From contig QPGO01000068.1 in NCBI GenBank assembly GCA_008632985.1, forward strand, positions 124,001 through 188,000: a stretch of 64,000 nucleotides of DNA, in the 5' to 3' direction. Under the pieces are notes generated by a model that did no database searches, was not told the origin of the DNA, and saw only the letters and a list, made by a program, of their open reading frames with translations. The stretch is from Psammoneis japonica (lineage: Eukaryota). A program made the position numbers and the translations under genes. Below are positions 1-12,152 of the stretch, one piece after another; within the stretch, counting starts at the first letter, position 1, and every line of letters starts with the position of its first letter.

Positions 1-1
1 G

Positions 2-664
2 GTGCCTCCACACCCACTTGCAGTGTTCGCCGTGAGCATTCGCGACGGCTTCAGGGTCGCTCCTGATGCACCCCAGTTCTCCCAGCGCGGGGAACCAGAG
101 GTCGGGATCATTCGGTGCATCCTTCATCAGGCACATGGACTCCTGGAAATCATTGGATTTTTCGTGCCGCAACACCCAGTCCCACAAGTCGAATGACGGA
201 TCGTTGGGGTCCGGAAATTGCTTTCCTTCTTCTTCCTCTTCCGCCGTTGCTTTCGCGACCACTTTGGCCGCGGGCTTGGCTGCCTCCTCGCTTTTGCCGC
301 TGCAAAAAGGTGGGACCTCCGGTTTCACAAAGGTGGCCTGATCACCCACCAACTCGATCTTGCAACCGGCCTCAAGGAGCTGCTCGGCGGTGTGACCCAG
401 CTGCTGTGCTTCATTCCAACCACAAATTTGAAAGGTTGGCTCCGGCGGCACGGCTTTCTCCCTCTTTTCAGTTTGGGACTGCGCCGGCTTCTCTGACATC
501 CTTGCGCGTTCGGACTCGACGGACACACCCTCGGCACTTCCCTCGGCGCCAAGTGCAGTCATGGCAGCTGCCGCCGCGCCTTCGGCACCCGTGAGTTCTG
601 CCATGACTTCCGGAGCTGCTGCATCCTCTGCTTTGCCAGACGCAACGATGTTGTCCTCCGCCAT
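2..664 (-). pseudogene. TpA-depleted ORF of unknown function running off the left edge (MAEDNIVASGK...HCKWVWRH)
   Basis: Manual translation from the ATG at 664: 221 open codons, no Tyr, no TpA seen in 1-664. Absent from the ORF track because it has no stop in the window. Confidence 0.55.
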
Positions 665-953
665 TCTAGCGCCGTGATGACAGAGCTGCACTGACTGCTG
701 TGTGGTGTGCTGCTTTGTTCCAGCTGTTGGCGATCCACATCCTTCTGCGCACGCAAACGCATGACACTTTGCACCAAATTCCACGCAGCGCGTCTGCACC
801 TGTCTGCGTCCGTCTTCACTGCTGCGCGCACTGCGGTGCTGCAGCGCACCCTTTCAAACCTTCATCAATGTTTGTTTTTTCCTTCCTTTTCCTTTTCTCT
901 TCTTCTTCTATCTGGCTGGGAGGAACTGCTGGATAGCCGGTGTATTCGATTAA

Positions 954-1347
954 GGGTGGTCGGTTGCTACTTTTTTAAGCTCGAATTCGGCCGAACAGCT
1001 CGCATTTTGCATGATTTTTCCTGAATTTCACCGTGCTTCACCGTGGTGAAAACAACAAGCCATGAGTCTGTGACGGAGGTGGTCCGTCTACCAACTCTCA
1101 TTTATTTTATGTTTGTTATGTATCAAAGATTGTATATACATGAAAAGTTGGTAGACGGCAAACTACGTTTTTGAGAAACATCGATGATTGTCATCATCGT
1201 CGTGCTTCGGTCGCGGTGGTGATGGTTCTCGTTTTCGTGCGCGATCGGGTGTGACTATGAATAATTCTTGTATTCAAAAATAAACACTATAAAAAACCTT
1301 ATTCAAATGCAACGGTAATTTTAGGATAAACGCGGGGATGACCCCCC
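954..1347. mobile_element. TTAA-flanked MITE with GG...CC ends (Kolobok-like), unmutated copy
   Basis: TTAA at 950-953 and 1348-1351; short TIRs gggtggtc / gacccccc; homologous copy at 53655-54074. Confidence 0.7.
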
Positions 1348-1664
1348 TTAAGCATTTTTCTATTCCGGGTTTTACTATTTTATGAGTCATCAAACTCAAA
1401 ACTTCGCTCTCCGAAAAGCTTCGCAACTCGCAACTCAAAATACCGGTACCGGTACACAATAAATAATACACAACACACGACACACAACACACAGTACACA
1501 ACACAGAACAAACAGACGCTCATCTAGTTACCGTAGCAATCCTTCCTCCTCTCTCTTTTCTTTTGTTTCTCTCTCCCCTTCCCCCCCTTCTTTTGTTATT
1601 CCGCCAATAAGACAACAAAAAATTGCCCTCGTGTTCGCGATTTGATCTGGATCTGAACGCAACC

Positions 1665-2777
1665 ATGAGCATGCACGGAAAGCAAAGGAACAGCAGCACT
1701 GTTTATGCGGCGGTGCCCACGGCTGGGTCGAATCATGACGACCATGACAACGAATTGAAGCTGGCATCTCCATCTAGCCGCGGTTTTATGCAGTCTCGAA
1801 AGCTTGTTTTCTTGGTCCGGTTGTTGATTGTTGGATTCATTTCGAGTGGCCTTTACTATCAACGTGATTCTTGGTGGCCATCACGTTATCATGGACATCC
1901 AACAAAACTGCCCGGTGGTGGTCGTGATTGGTTGATCAACGTGGTGGATGGCACCATTGTGTGCAAGCATGAAACTGATTTAGTCCTCGGCGTGGATGCA
2001 ATGTCGCCGTTAATCTTGGTGGAACGAGGATCACCGAGTCAACTGCTATTTGGCGAGGTTCCTGCTCCAGGAGAGAGTGTCACGTTTAGCAATATCGTTG
2101 TGCCAAAGGAGATTTTGAAGGTTCCAGGATATAATGTTCGTGTGGCTGAACTGCCGAGTCAAGACGACGGTGATGATGAGCACGACGACAGCACGATGCC
2201 CGCCACCGTCAGCTACAAGGACAACTTTATCATTCTTGAGAATCAAAACATGGTACTAGATATTGCATTTTGGGACGTGAGAGATGGAAGTCACGTCAAT
2301 TTTGTGTCCGAGTGGCACCCAAAACGTACCTACACGTCGGGTGGAGGGCGCGATTGGGTATGGAATACAAAGGACGGCACCATTAGTCCCAAGTTGAATC
2401 CAAATCTAGTATTGGGGTCAGGCGGGCCTAGCATTGTATTAGTCGAGAGTAACGGCGACGACAAGCATAAACTCATCGTGGAACAAAAAACCATATCGAA
2501 GCTAGCTGCAGGCGAGACTGTTGACTTTGCTTTGGAGAATGGTGGTTATGTGACTCAACGGTTTGTCAAGGTTCGAGAGTATGATGGATGGAATGTTGTC
2601 GAGAGTGCTGTGGTTCGTGATGCAACCACAAATGCAAACGCAGTCCAGATTCAATACGATGGCAACTATGTCTTTGTCAATGGCAAGGATCTCGTACTGG
2701 ATGTGGCTTTTTGGAAAATGGTTCCTGGGAATGATGTTAACTTTGTTGGGGGGAATGATGAGGACGACCCGGTGTAG
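1665..2777 (+). CDS. Type II membrane protein with duplicated ricin-B/beta-trefoil-like repeats
   Basis: N-terminal hydrophobic helix; twice-repeated GGGRDWxxNxxDGTI...LVLG and VLDxAFW...VNFV motifs; first in-frame ATG at 1665. Confidence 0.7.
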   Translation: MSMHGKQRNSSTVYAAVPTAGSNHDDHDNELKLASPSSRGFMQSRKLVFLVRLLIVGFISSGLYYQRDSWWPSRYHGHPTKLPGGGRDWLINVVDGTIVCKHETDLVLGVDAMSPLILVERGSPSQLLFGEVPAPGESVTFSNIVVPKEILKVPGYNVRVAELPSQDDGDDEHDDSTMPATVSYKDNFIILENQNMVLDIAFWDVRDGSHVNFVSEWHPKRTYTSGGGRDWVWNTKDGTISPKLNPNLVLGSGGPSIVLVESNGDDKHKLIVEQKTISKLAAGETVDFALENGGYVTQRFVKVREYDGWNVVESAVVRDATTNANAVQIQYDGNYVFVNGKDLVLDVAFWKMVPGNDVNFVGGNDEDDPV

Positions 2778-2921
2778 AACCACGAGGATGAGGAGCCCAT
2801 GGTTTCAAGGGCCGTCATCTTTTTCCCATACTCGAGGTAGCATGTATCATTATCAGAGCAGCGCAGCAGAAAGTCGAGTGAAGTGTAGGTATTTTATTTT
2901 AACAATTAATTAATGTAGTCT

Positions 2922-4997
2922 TCATAGAGCGAATGCTTTCAAGTATGAATCGATTCCATCCGGAATTCTGCGTAGTTTCCCTTCCTCGTCCATAATTACA
3001 AAACATGTTCCTCCCAGCGATCGTATCAAGTTGGCATCATGACTAACCATGACTACGGTTCCTTTCCAGTGCTTTAATCCATACACCAACGCTTCAACGG
3101 ATTCAATATCTAAATGCGACGTTGGTTCATCGCAAATCAGAATTTGTGGGTCCCGCAGCATCAAGGAAGCAAGACACAGCCGACATCGTTCGCCACCGCT
3201 TAGGAACCTCACGTTTGTACTCGCTTGCTTGGGACTCAGACCAAAATTGGTGAGCTCTCCACGAAGGTCTTGCTCAGTTTTGTGCGGAAAATGCTTGGCC
3301 AAGAGCGACAATGCTGTTTCCGCTTTGCTGTCGTCGTCAGCCTCACCAATAAGCTCATCAACGGCATGCTGATCAAAATAGCCAACGGAGATATTATGTG
3401 CATGATGTACACTTCCCTCGAGTGGTTCCTCTTTCTTTGATATAATTCTCAAAAGAGTAGATTTTCCAGAACCATTCGCGCCAACAATGCAAGTTGTGGA
3501 CCCTTCGTTAATACAGAGATCCACACAGTCAAACAGCATTCCGTCCTTCTTGGTAATGTGAGTAGGTTCTGTCGGAGGTGTATTCGGTTGCGATGAGGAT
3601 CCTACTCCATATCCGTGTCCAACGTCCAGGAGCATAATGAGCGGTTCTCCCCACGTACAGGTAGGATCACGAAACACAAACTGAACCGCCTTGTCTGGAA
3701 TGGGTGCCACAGATGCTTCAGCGCGCTTCAGTAACTGACTGTGACTCAGCTTGCTTCGCGTGTTGGCATCCATGGAATTGATAGAGCCAGGCCGAATACC
3801 ACTCCCGGCCTTTTGTGCGGACCATCGATGGCCTTTCTCATCCTTTTCGATACCGTGTCGTTCTAATTTCTTCTTTCGGCTTTCGATTGCTCTGTCTTTT
3901 TTCCTACGACTCGACCCTCTCTTTCCGGCAGGTTGTTTCTTGATGTTGTCGATCGATTTCATCATTGCCTCTCGCTGCTTTTCCAGAGCATGATCTTGTC
4001 GGAGCTTATGCAGATCCTTTTGATTTTTGTATCCAATGAAATCCCGATAGTTACCGGGATAGTAAGACAAGCATTGATTGGAGAAGCAAATCACGTCCGT
4101 CGCTACATCATTGATCAGGTCAACATCGTGTGACACGAGCAAGATGGTGGTTGCCCTATTGGCGTCTGTGCAATCTGAAATCAAACGCCGTAATTGAAGC
4201 AAGCCCTCTAGATCCAAGAAATTCGTGGGCTCATCCAACAAGAGCAAATCGTATTGGCAAAAAAGAGCGCACGCCAACAGCACCTTTTTTCGCTGACCAC
4301 CAGATAAATTCTCGGATTTCGTATTCCAACATGATTCGTCGACACCAAAAAATGTCAAAGCTTCTTGAGCCTGTTTTCGCACTTGTTCAATATCATATCC
4401 TCCCTCAAGCTCTTCTTCGAGTACCGATATTTGTTGACAGAGATCTTCCACCATGTCCGTGTTCTCGTCACAACCCATGTCAAGCTTGTCCATTTGTTCT
4501 TCCAAAAGCTCAATACGCATCTTTGTCGTTACAGCCGATTGTTGAAAGTACGTGTCATGATGTCCCAGCACAACATCCATGGGTGTCATGTCTGGCGGAG
4601 TGATTACCTCTTGGGGAATTAGAAAGGTAGAGATATGAGTTGGAAATCCAGGTATTTTCTTTGCATGAACACGTCGCAACAAACTGCTCTTGCCACATCC
4701 ATTCCGACCCACCAGAGCGTAGACTCGTCTGGACAAGAGCTTGAGCGTTGCATTATCCAAGAGCACCTTTCCCGGCAAGTTTGTGTCGGCCACGTATTCG
4801 AGACGCACATTCTCGACAATCACGTCAAAGGGTTGTACCGTCTTGCGAGCTAAACCACGTCCGCCCTTGCCACGGCCGCCCCAAGCACAAGATCCATGAG
4901 CCAGCGCATCCGCCCATGCGGAAGCATAACAATCTGTATCATCCAACGATGTGAGTTGCGATGAAACCACTGTATCCAAGTTTGACGTAGATGCCAT
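2922..4997 (-). CDS. ABC-F family ATPase (soluble, two NBDs)
   Basis: Two Walker A (GRNGCGKS, GANGSGKS), LSGGQ/LSGGE signatures, LLDEPTN/ICDEPTSHLD, VSHD; no transmembrane domain. Confidence 0.92.
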   Translation of the reverse strand: MASTSNLDTVVSSQLTSLDDTDCYASAWADALAHGSCAWGGRGKGGRGLARKTVQPFDVIVENVRLEYVADTNLPGKVLLDNATLKLLSRRVYALVGRNGCGKSSLLRRVHAKKIPGFPTHISTFLIPQEVITPPDMTPMDVVLGHHDTYFQQSAVTTKMRIELLEEQMDKLDMGCDENTDMVEDLCQQISVLEEELEGGYDIEQVRKQAQEALTFFGVDESCWNTKSENLSGGQRKKVLLACALFCQYDLLLLDEPTNFLDLEGLLQLRRLISDCTDANRATTILLVSHDVDLINDVATDVICFSNQCLSYYPGNYRDFIGYKNQKDLHKLRQDHALEKQREAMMKSIDNIKKQPAGKRGSSRRKKDRAIESRKKKLERHGIEKDEKGHRWSAQKAGSGIRPGSINSMDANTRSKLSHSQLLKRAEASVAPIPDKAVQFVFRDPTCTWGEPLIMLLDVGHGYGVGSSSQPNTPPTEPTHITKKDGMLFDCVDLCINEGSTTCIVGANGSGKSTLLRIISKKEEPLEGSVHHAHNISVGYFDQHAVDELIGEADDDSKAETALSLLAKHFPHKTEQDLRGELTNFGLSPKQASTNVRFLSGGERCRLCLASLMLRDPQILICDEPTSHLDIESVEALVYGLKHWKGTVVMVSHDANLIRSLGGTCFVIMDEEGKLRRIPDGIDSYLKAFAL

Positions 4998-5431
4998 TGA
5001 TGACAACGACAGCTTTTTGTTTTTATGCCACGAGAATGAAGCGCATCGCAAAACGCACGTTGGGCTGGGCCTTCGAATCGTGTGACACGTCTGAGGTCAG
5101 CGGTTAACTCAACGGATAGTTCAATTACATATCTTCATAGCTGCACCTTTTATTGAATTTTCAATTTCTTCGCGCCAAAAATGATTCTACGCTGAATTGG
5201 TATGTACCGTGCGTATGTAGGCCCTACAAGACGTCCGTAGTAGACGACGGCACGCAACGCATACCACCGGGCAGACATCAGACGCATGTTGTTCGTTGCG
5301 CTCGCTGTTCATGAGCTGTACCTCAGATGCAGACTTTGTTGTTTGTTAGACAAACAGCCAACAACACCTTAGCATAAGACATCAAGCTTTGTGTATTGGG
5401 AGACTTGAGAGCGTTCAGAGGAGAGGCAACA

Positions 5432-8400
5432 ATGTCGCAAGACAACGAGTGGGAGAAATCAAGTTGCTCCGAAGGAAGTGACTCTACAGAAAGTATCACT
5501 CCGCCTCCACGAAAGTCATTGCGCAAGCAAACGTTTTTCCGTGACGGCAATGACACGGCGGCCAACAGCAGTAGTGATTCAAAAGGTCGCAAACGCAAGA
5601 GCCGCGACAGTACTGACAGCGGTGCCATGGACACAGAGAGTAGTTCTGACAGTATCTCTGGCTCTCCCGCAGTTGCCACAGCATCAAGCCTTTTCAACAA
5701 AACCTTTGCCGGTGGTGTTCGACGTGTGACACAGGAGGAAGCGGAGCAAGGCTTGTCAAAGAAACGTCAAGATGAAATCATTGCAAGTCTCCAGCTGAAT
5801 CATTTGCCCTTTTGGAATGAGGAATTTCAAAATGCTATGGACAGGTACAAAATCAAGACTGTGTCGCAATTGCTGAATTGGAACTTGACCAACGGTGTAC
5901 TCCTTAGGCTGGAACCTCGCGTACAAACAAGCGTCTTGTATCTGCGGGAGTGGAAGACCAAACCCAAAGTCATGGCGCCCTTTCTTCGGTTCTGTCAGCT
6001 ACGAATGCAAACGTACAGCAACAACAACAACCAGTTGAACACACGGAGACTTTCGGGAAGAAAAAAGAAGTCGATTCGGCAGGAAGACGAAAGTGATTCG
6101 GTATCTGCTACGAGAAGCAATGGCACTGGAACCGATGATTCGGTGTCAGGCGCCACCTCAAGGAAACGCAAAAGCCGGTCGCAGGAAAGTGCCACCGAAG
6201 CTGATTCCGTGGATTATGATACGGATGATTTGGATGGTGGGTGCTTGATGGAAAACATTCCGCACTTGTCAAAGAAAACGTTTGATCCACAGACGGGACA
6301 CCCGATTCGTCATTTTAGCGTGTTGGATCAAGAAGGTGCGTTGTAGCTTACGTTCTTTGTCTGCGTTACAGTGTAAGGAAAAGAACGATTTCTCACTTAA
6401 TGTATGCCATTCGTACTCCTCTCGCACTTTTCAGAAAACATTTTCGATTTCAGACTGAATGTCAACACATCGACGATACCTGGAAGTGGTCGAGGTGCCT
6501 TCTTGACATACTTGGGCTGTCGAGTCCTCAAGAAGGAATGCAGAGAACGTTCCAAGGAGAAAATGAAAGATCGGCATGCCTTGATTCCCGACACTATGCA
6601 GCCCCTCGAGGCAGTCTCCGCCGATGGATATGGGATATCCGTCAAACTGAATGGTAAAAACCTTCACGGAAACAATAATTTGCTGTACTGGCCAGTCACC
6701 ACGTTTAATCTTACCGCTACAATGCCATCAAACGGCACGACGCGTTCCAAGCAAGTTAGTGTGAAACTGACTGGTGAAAACCTTCACTATGACAGCGACG
6801 ACGAAGAAGAGTACATGACGCATCTTGATATGATCAACTCGTTTGGATTTCTGAAACTACACGTGGAGGACGATTACGTTCCTTCCAGTAAGTCTTTCTC
6901 AAATAAGTGCGGTGTGATTGACTTGGGACGATATGGGCCCTGGTTGAAAAGCGATCGCAAAACCAGGACGGAGTTTGATATCAAAGATTTTGTTTTCAGC
7001 AACGAGCCCTCTGGTTGGGACTTTGGCGTCAACGAGAAGCTGCATGGGGAAGACCAGATTATCGACGTTACAAGTGATGCAACCGGAGAGCCTCATGTGC
7101 ATGCTCAGACGTTTGGTGATATGATGATGTACGTCAATGAGGTGGGCTACAACGAAGAGCTCCAGCAAAATGTACAAGCGCTCGAGAAGGATGGAAGAAC
7201 GGTTCATTACTACTTGGATGTAGCAACGCCCATGCAAAAGAACCAAACGGTCGAACTCTTTGTGGACTATCATGATGCATACGAAGCATCTCGGGAACGC
7301 AAGGGGTATGGAAAGAGAAATTTGAAGGAAGGTCTTCGAGGCGACGACCACGAAGCGACTCGCTTGAAACGAAATTTTCTCGAGCGGCATGATATTCAGC
7401 ATTATTTGGAAAACTTAGACGTTATGCAATTGTATGAGTTGGTGGAGTATTTGCACACAAAGATACTGCAGCCGGTTGCGAGTGTTACGAACGACTTTGT
7501 TCAACACTTGCAGAGTAGAACTCCGAGTCCTCGCTCCATCGCGGTTCAAACTGTCAAGCACCCGTCTCTGTTGCAGTGGTGTGCCCGGCGTCGTTTGCAT
7601 TGGATAAGCATGGAATTGGGAGAACGTGCGTGGAGACTTGAAAAACTGTCACGAAAAGCAGGTGCAGGTGGTTCCAAATCTTTTCCATATCAAGGTATTT
7701 TCGATGAAACGAAGAAACGACTGAAAGACATGGAGTGGAATCATGTTGATGGTGTTTTGAAAAATCTGAACTGCGATGAAGACGATGCCTACGAGAAAGC
7801 AGTATACGCGGGCCTCACGTTTGAGATGTCTGAAGAATGCCTTTTTGAACTATCGAAGAAAGGCTTGTTGGATGCATTTGACGAATCGAGGTGGTGCCCA
7901 ATTGCGGTGAAACTCACAAAGAGTCTCTGCGAGAAAGTGTACATCACCAGTACCTCGTCGCAAGAGAGGCGGCTCACAAAGGAACGACTCCTGGAACTTC
8001 TTTTAACTATTGCTGGTACGGCTGCTGATTGTGTGCGGCGTGCCTGCCAGGTGAAAAGTCCAGAACTTCTCAGCCAGCTGCAGTTTGAGTCCGGCGTTCA
8101 GCGCGATCGATGTGTCAATGCGGCTTATGTGCGACAATGTGAGATAGTGATGGGGCCGAATGCATTATCCTGTGAGAACTTTCCTCAGTTTCCCATGGGC
8201 GTGTTAGCCGCCTTGGGGCAAGCGCACGATTCCTCGGGGACGCCGACTGACCGGGGTGCTGGTGCCGCATCAACCTCACAAAACGTTCAGGTGTCTACTG
8301 ATGGTGTATTCGTGGTTACGCAGAAGAACAACACCACGGCTGCGCCTGGGGAACCGAAGCCAAGAAGTTTCGCTTGACGCCTCAGGCGATCCCTCGAAAG

Positions 8401-9054
8401 CCGAAAGATGTTGTGGATGGCCTCGCCACTCTGGACGAAATGTGGTATGTTCTTTGGCAAGTGGTGTACGTTGTACACAAATTCGCATCCAAGGTTTTTG
8501 AACGCAAGTTAGGGTCCGAGGCGGTATATTCTCTAGAGAAGCTGTGCCAGGCTACGAATGTAGACATCAAAGATGCCAAGAAGGTTGTGGAGACGCCGAT
8601 GAAGCCTTTTGACTATCCAGAATTGCCGAAAATTGCGAGGCGGCGTAACTCCCCGAAAGCAACCAATGAGAAGAAGTCGCAGAAGCCCCATTCGAGCGCT
8701 GGAAAGCCGAGGCCGAAAGCTGCATTGTTTCATGGAATTGTTTGGAAAGCTCTGGAAAGTGTTGGTTGGACGTTGGATAAAGGCAATCGACCGACGGACT
8801 ATTATTTCCTTCCACCCGGCGTTGCTCGCGGCAAAGGCTTCAAAAATCGCGTGGATTTCTTTGACAGTGCCATGCAGGTGATGAATTTCATCGAGACGGA
8901 TCCTCGATGGAAAGACAAGGAAGAGGTCGTTGCAGGCTTGAAGCTGTTCAGGGCGTGCTCTAAGCTGCAGGATGAGCTCAGGTTCAAGAAGCGTCTCCCC
9001 AAAGGTCAAGTGACGGTTGAATGGTTAGTAAGTCAAGTAGAGAACAATAAGTAA
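5432..9054 (+). CDS. Large multi-exon protein with a SET-like domain and a C-terminal W..L...GW domain
   Basis: GT-AG intron 6336-6434 joins the ORFs in phase; SET-like motifs STIPGSGRGAFL, YVNE, ELFVDY; apparent 1-nt frameshift near 8370. Confidence 0.65.
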
Positions 9055-9081
9055 TCAGAGTAAATTGTGCTACTATCACAT

Positions 9082-10254
9082 TTATTCGGCAGCAGCAGTT
9101 TTCGATGCCGCTTGCGTCATTTCGACAATGATTGTCTTGACTTCCTTTCTATCATTGGCGGGCCGTGGGAAAGGGAGACGGAGCTTGAATTGCTGCGGTT
9201 GGTCGCTCGCACGAGGTGTCCTTGTCACCTTGACATACATGCCTAGACTGTCGACAGACGTAATGATTGCTTCCGACACATCCATGCCCGGAATAGCGTG
9301 CGCCACCATGGCAATAGTTGAATCCATGTGATCCTCATTCATGTGATTTGCAACATGCGAGCCAAAGGCAGAAATTGGATCGGGTTTTGCCTCGGCGTAC
9401 TCTTCCGGAGTCACAGAACCGGCGCGAGCAAATCCACCAACGAAACGGATCTTTTCAATCTCCATACGGAACCAGTTAAAGTCGCCAAAGTTCACCCAGA
9501 AGGCACCAGGGTGTTTCTTAAGATAGAGTTCTTTGGCTGCCTCCTTTTCTTCTGCCGGCAAGAGTTCACATTTTCCCATGAGATTAACACGACCATCGGC
9601 GGCGCCTTTGAATTCTTTAGCAGCAATCGTAACGGAACATTTGGGATCAGCGAGAATGTCTTGCGTGTGAGTAGACATTCCTGAAAATACGAAGATGGGG
9701 CGCCCCAACTCATCCGGGGCAAATCCAACAACGGAACCTCCAGGGTATCCAGGATCACTGCGGGGAAGACAAGATTAGAATGTGAGCAGCAGGAGTACGC
9801 AAGTCAAAACGATAGCCTCTTCGTTTTGCTACAGGTGCCTGTGCGTTCAACAACCCCCAACCAAAACAACATTTCAAAAACACGTACGATTTCGAATTGG
9901 TCGACATGACGGCAAATCCGTGATTGTAGGCAACGAGGGTTCGAATTTCGGTTGCCCACCCGAGTTTGGGTGCGTCTTTTTGATGTTCCATGAAAGCTCT
10001 TGAATTTTCTTTTCTTCTTCATCCATTTCCACCATACCTTCGCCGCTTCTTACATCGTGACGAGGAGCCTTGGACTGTTGCTCTTCAGTTTTTTCTTTGT
10101 CAGCCATAAACAGCGGGCCACTCTGCGAGGAAAAGCGTCCCACCCGTCGTGTGCCGATGCCATGTGGCGTCGCTGAAAACGCCAAGGATTCCAACGCCAC
10201 CTGTGACACCGCAACGATACACCATACCAATCGTGAACTTGAAGAAACCATCAT
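9082..10254 (-). CDS. Pyridoxamine-phosphate-oxidase-like/DUF2470 protein (GluTR-binding protein/HugZ-like), probably plastid-targeted
   Basis: GYPGGSVVGFA, HTQDILADP, RFVGGFARAG and HMNEDH motifs; intron 9758-9887; signal peptide followed by SLAFS (bipartite presequence-like); 1-nt frameshift near 9995. Confidence 0.8.
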
Positions 10255-10673
10255 TTTTAACTCTCACAACTATGAAGAGTGTCGACAGCTCACAGCTCTC
10301 ACAAAAAAAACACCATTGTGAGACGCTGTGACGAGTGACGATGCGTCAGTTTCGTCGAAAGATCTCAAAAGAGCTGGGCGCAAAGATCGCGCGAAAGCCG
10401 ATGATGGTTTTTTCAAAAATCAGAGTAAATTCGAAATTCGACAAAATTGTAAAAATACCGAAAATGCCAGAAAATCAGAAATGCCTCCAATCAATCGATC
10501 GCCACATCTCATTCTCATCATTCACGTTGTCGAATGCTGATTAATGCTTTGTTATATGCCAGCGCTGGTGTTTGTGAGAACGAACGTTGTTAGCTCTTAC
10601 TTTTTATAAGAAAAGTCAGAGCTTGTCATTATGACGACAGTTTCCAGACGTAACGCAACGAACATAATATGCC

Positions 10674-12146
10674 GTGTTGCAACCGGAAACTGAAGTTGAG
10701 CGGTCCATGTTTCGTCATGGCAATGGCTGCTCTTGCTTGTTTTTTCTGCTTAGTATATTCATGCTAGAAGAACCAGACCCATACGCTGATCGCTACAATA
10801 TGCCGCTAGAAGAAAGAGCAAATGAACCAGCAAACTTTATACAACAGGTGATACAAGCGGAAGCCAAAGAAAATGAAGAGCTTCAAGAGGACGACGCATA
10901 CGATGACGATGATGCCACCGACACTGAAGATCTTGAAGAAGATCAAGATGAAAACGAAGATATGAGCACTTATGCCAGGGTTGCATTAACCGGATCACAC
11001 ATCTTTGAAGAGGGCCCAGCATGTAGTTCTTCAGCGATTCGTTGTATGATTCACTACCCGGCGATTGACCTGAAGAGTGCCATTGTTCGTGATGAATGTC
11101 TTGATATCGTATTTGTCATGCCAGGGTTGCGAGGGAACATAGATGAAAATGTGGAAAAACCATACCCGCCACCAAAGTACACAAATCAGCTGGATAGTCA
11201 ATCAACACCGCTCTCTTCCTCGGATAATCACGCTGTCTTGACACGATGTGGCTGCAAAGCTCGAGCCTCGGGCGTCACGGCAAACCAGGATCGAGCCGTG
11301 TTGGTGTCACCGTTTCTTTCACATAAACAAGCTCCTCCCCACGATTTTCTATTGGGAATTATGGACGGGCACGGTGAGCCAGGGCACGTTGTTTCTCATT
11401 ATTCCGCATTGGAATTACCGAGCTTGTTGATGGAAGAGCTCCAACGACGAAACGTCCATGAAATCGAAAATAGTCAGGAAAGAGATGCGGCCATCAAGAC
11501 GGCGCTTAACGAAACCTTTGTCGAAATTGACAGAACCTTGCCAGACGCCCCATCAGGTGGGAGTACCGCATCTTTCATTTTGAAAATGTATGAAACGCTA
11601 TACGTCGCCAACGTTGGGGACAGCCAGTCGTTCATTGCTGTCTACGATGCAGAAAACGATAGAGTTCAAATCGTCTACAGAAATGGCCTACACAAGCCGC
11701 ACTTGCCAGAAGAACGTGCACGCATCGAGGGCATGGGTGGCGAAGTGGCCATGCCACAAGGACCGGGGGACAGTAGTCGCGTCATTATACACTTGAACGC
11801 TTTTGACTTCATGGCCCTTGCCATGAGTCGAAGCATTGGTGACAAAGAAGGGAGATCCGTGGGGCTCATTCCCGATCCTACTGTCGACGTGTTGAAACTT
11901 GATGACCTTTTTCAAGAAGTGAAGTACCGCGATGTGTTTGCAGTGTCGGCAAGTGACGGTTTATTTGACCGCGTTCCGTTAGAAGACATTGCTTTGCATT
12001 TGGCTCAAAGTCTCTACCGAAACGACACTGTGCCACCCTTGCAGGCATGTGAACAACTCATTATGAAAGCTTCTGAAAGCTGGATTGCGGGTGGAATGCC
12101 TTATCGCGATGACATTTCTGTAGCTGTAACCAAGATCTTAACTTAA
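10674..12146 (+). CDS. PP2C-family phosphatase with hydrophobic N-terminus
   Basis: NQDR, DGHG, ANVGDS, LAMSRSIGD, SDG and RDDISV motifs; start codon uncertain. Confidence 0.88.
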   Translation: MLQPETEVERSMFRHGNGCSCLFFLLSIFMLEEPDPYADRYNMPLEERANEPANFIQQVIQAEAKENEELQEDDAYDDDDATDTEDLEEDQDENEDMSTYARVALTGSHIFEEGPACSSSAIRCMIHYPAIDLKSAIVRDECLDIVFVMPGLRGNIDENVEKPYPPPKYTNQLDSQSTPLSSSDNHAVLTRCGCKARASGVTANQDRAVLVSPFLSHKQAPPHDFLLGIMDGHGEPGHVVSHYSALELPSLLMEELQRRNVHEIENSQERDAAIKTALNETFVEIDRTLPDAPSGGSTASFILKMYETLYVANVGDSQSFIAVYDAENDRVQIVYRNGLHKPHLPEERARIEGMGGEVAMPQGPGDSSRVIIHLNAFDFMALAMSRSIGDKEGRSVGLIPDPTVDVLKLDDLFQEVKYRDVFAVSASDGLFDRVPLEDIALHLAQSLYRNDTVPPLQACEQLIMKASESWIAGGMPYRDDISVAVTKILT

Positions 12147-12152
12147 ATACGG

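Noticed and set aside
8367..8385. 19-nt GT-AG intron fixing the frameshift in the SET-like gene
   Set aside because: Far shorter than the 95-130-nt introns seen elsewhere in the window; a single-base indel is more plausible.
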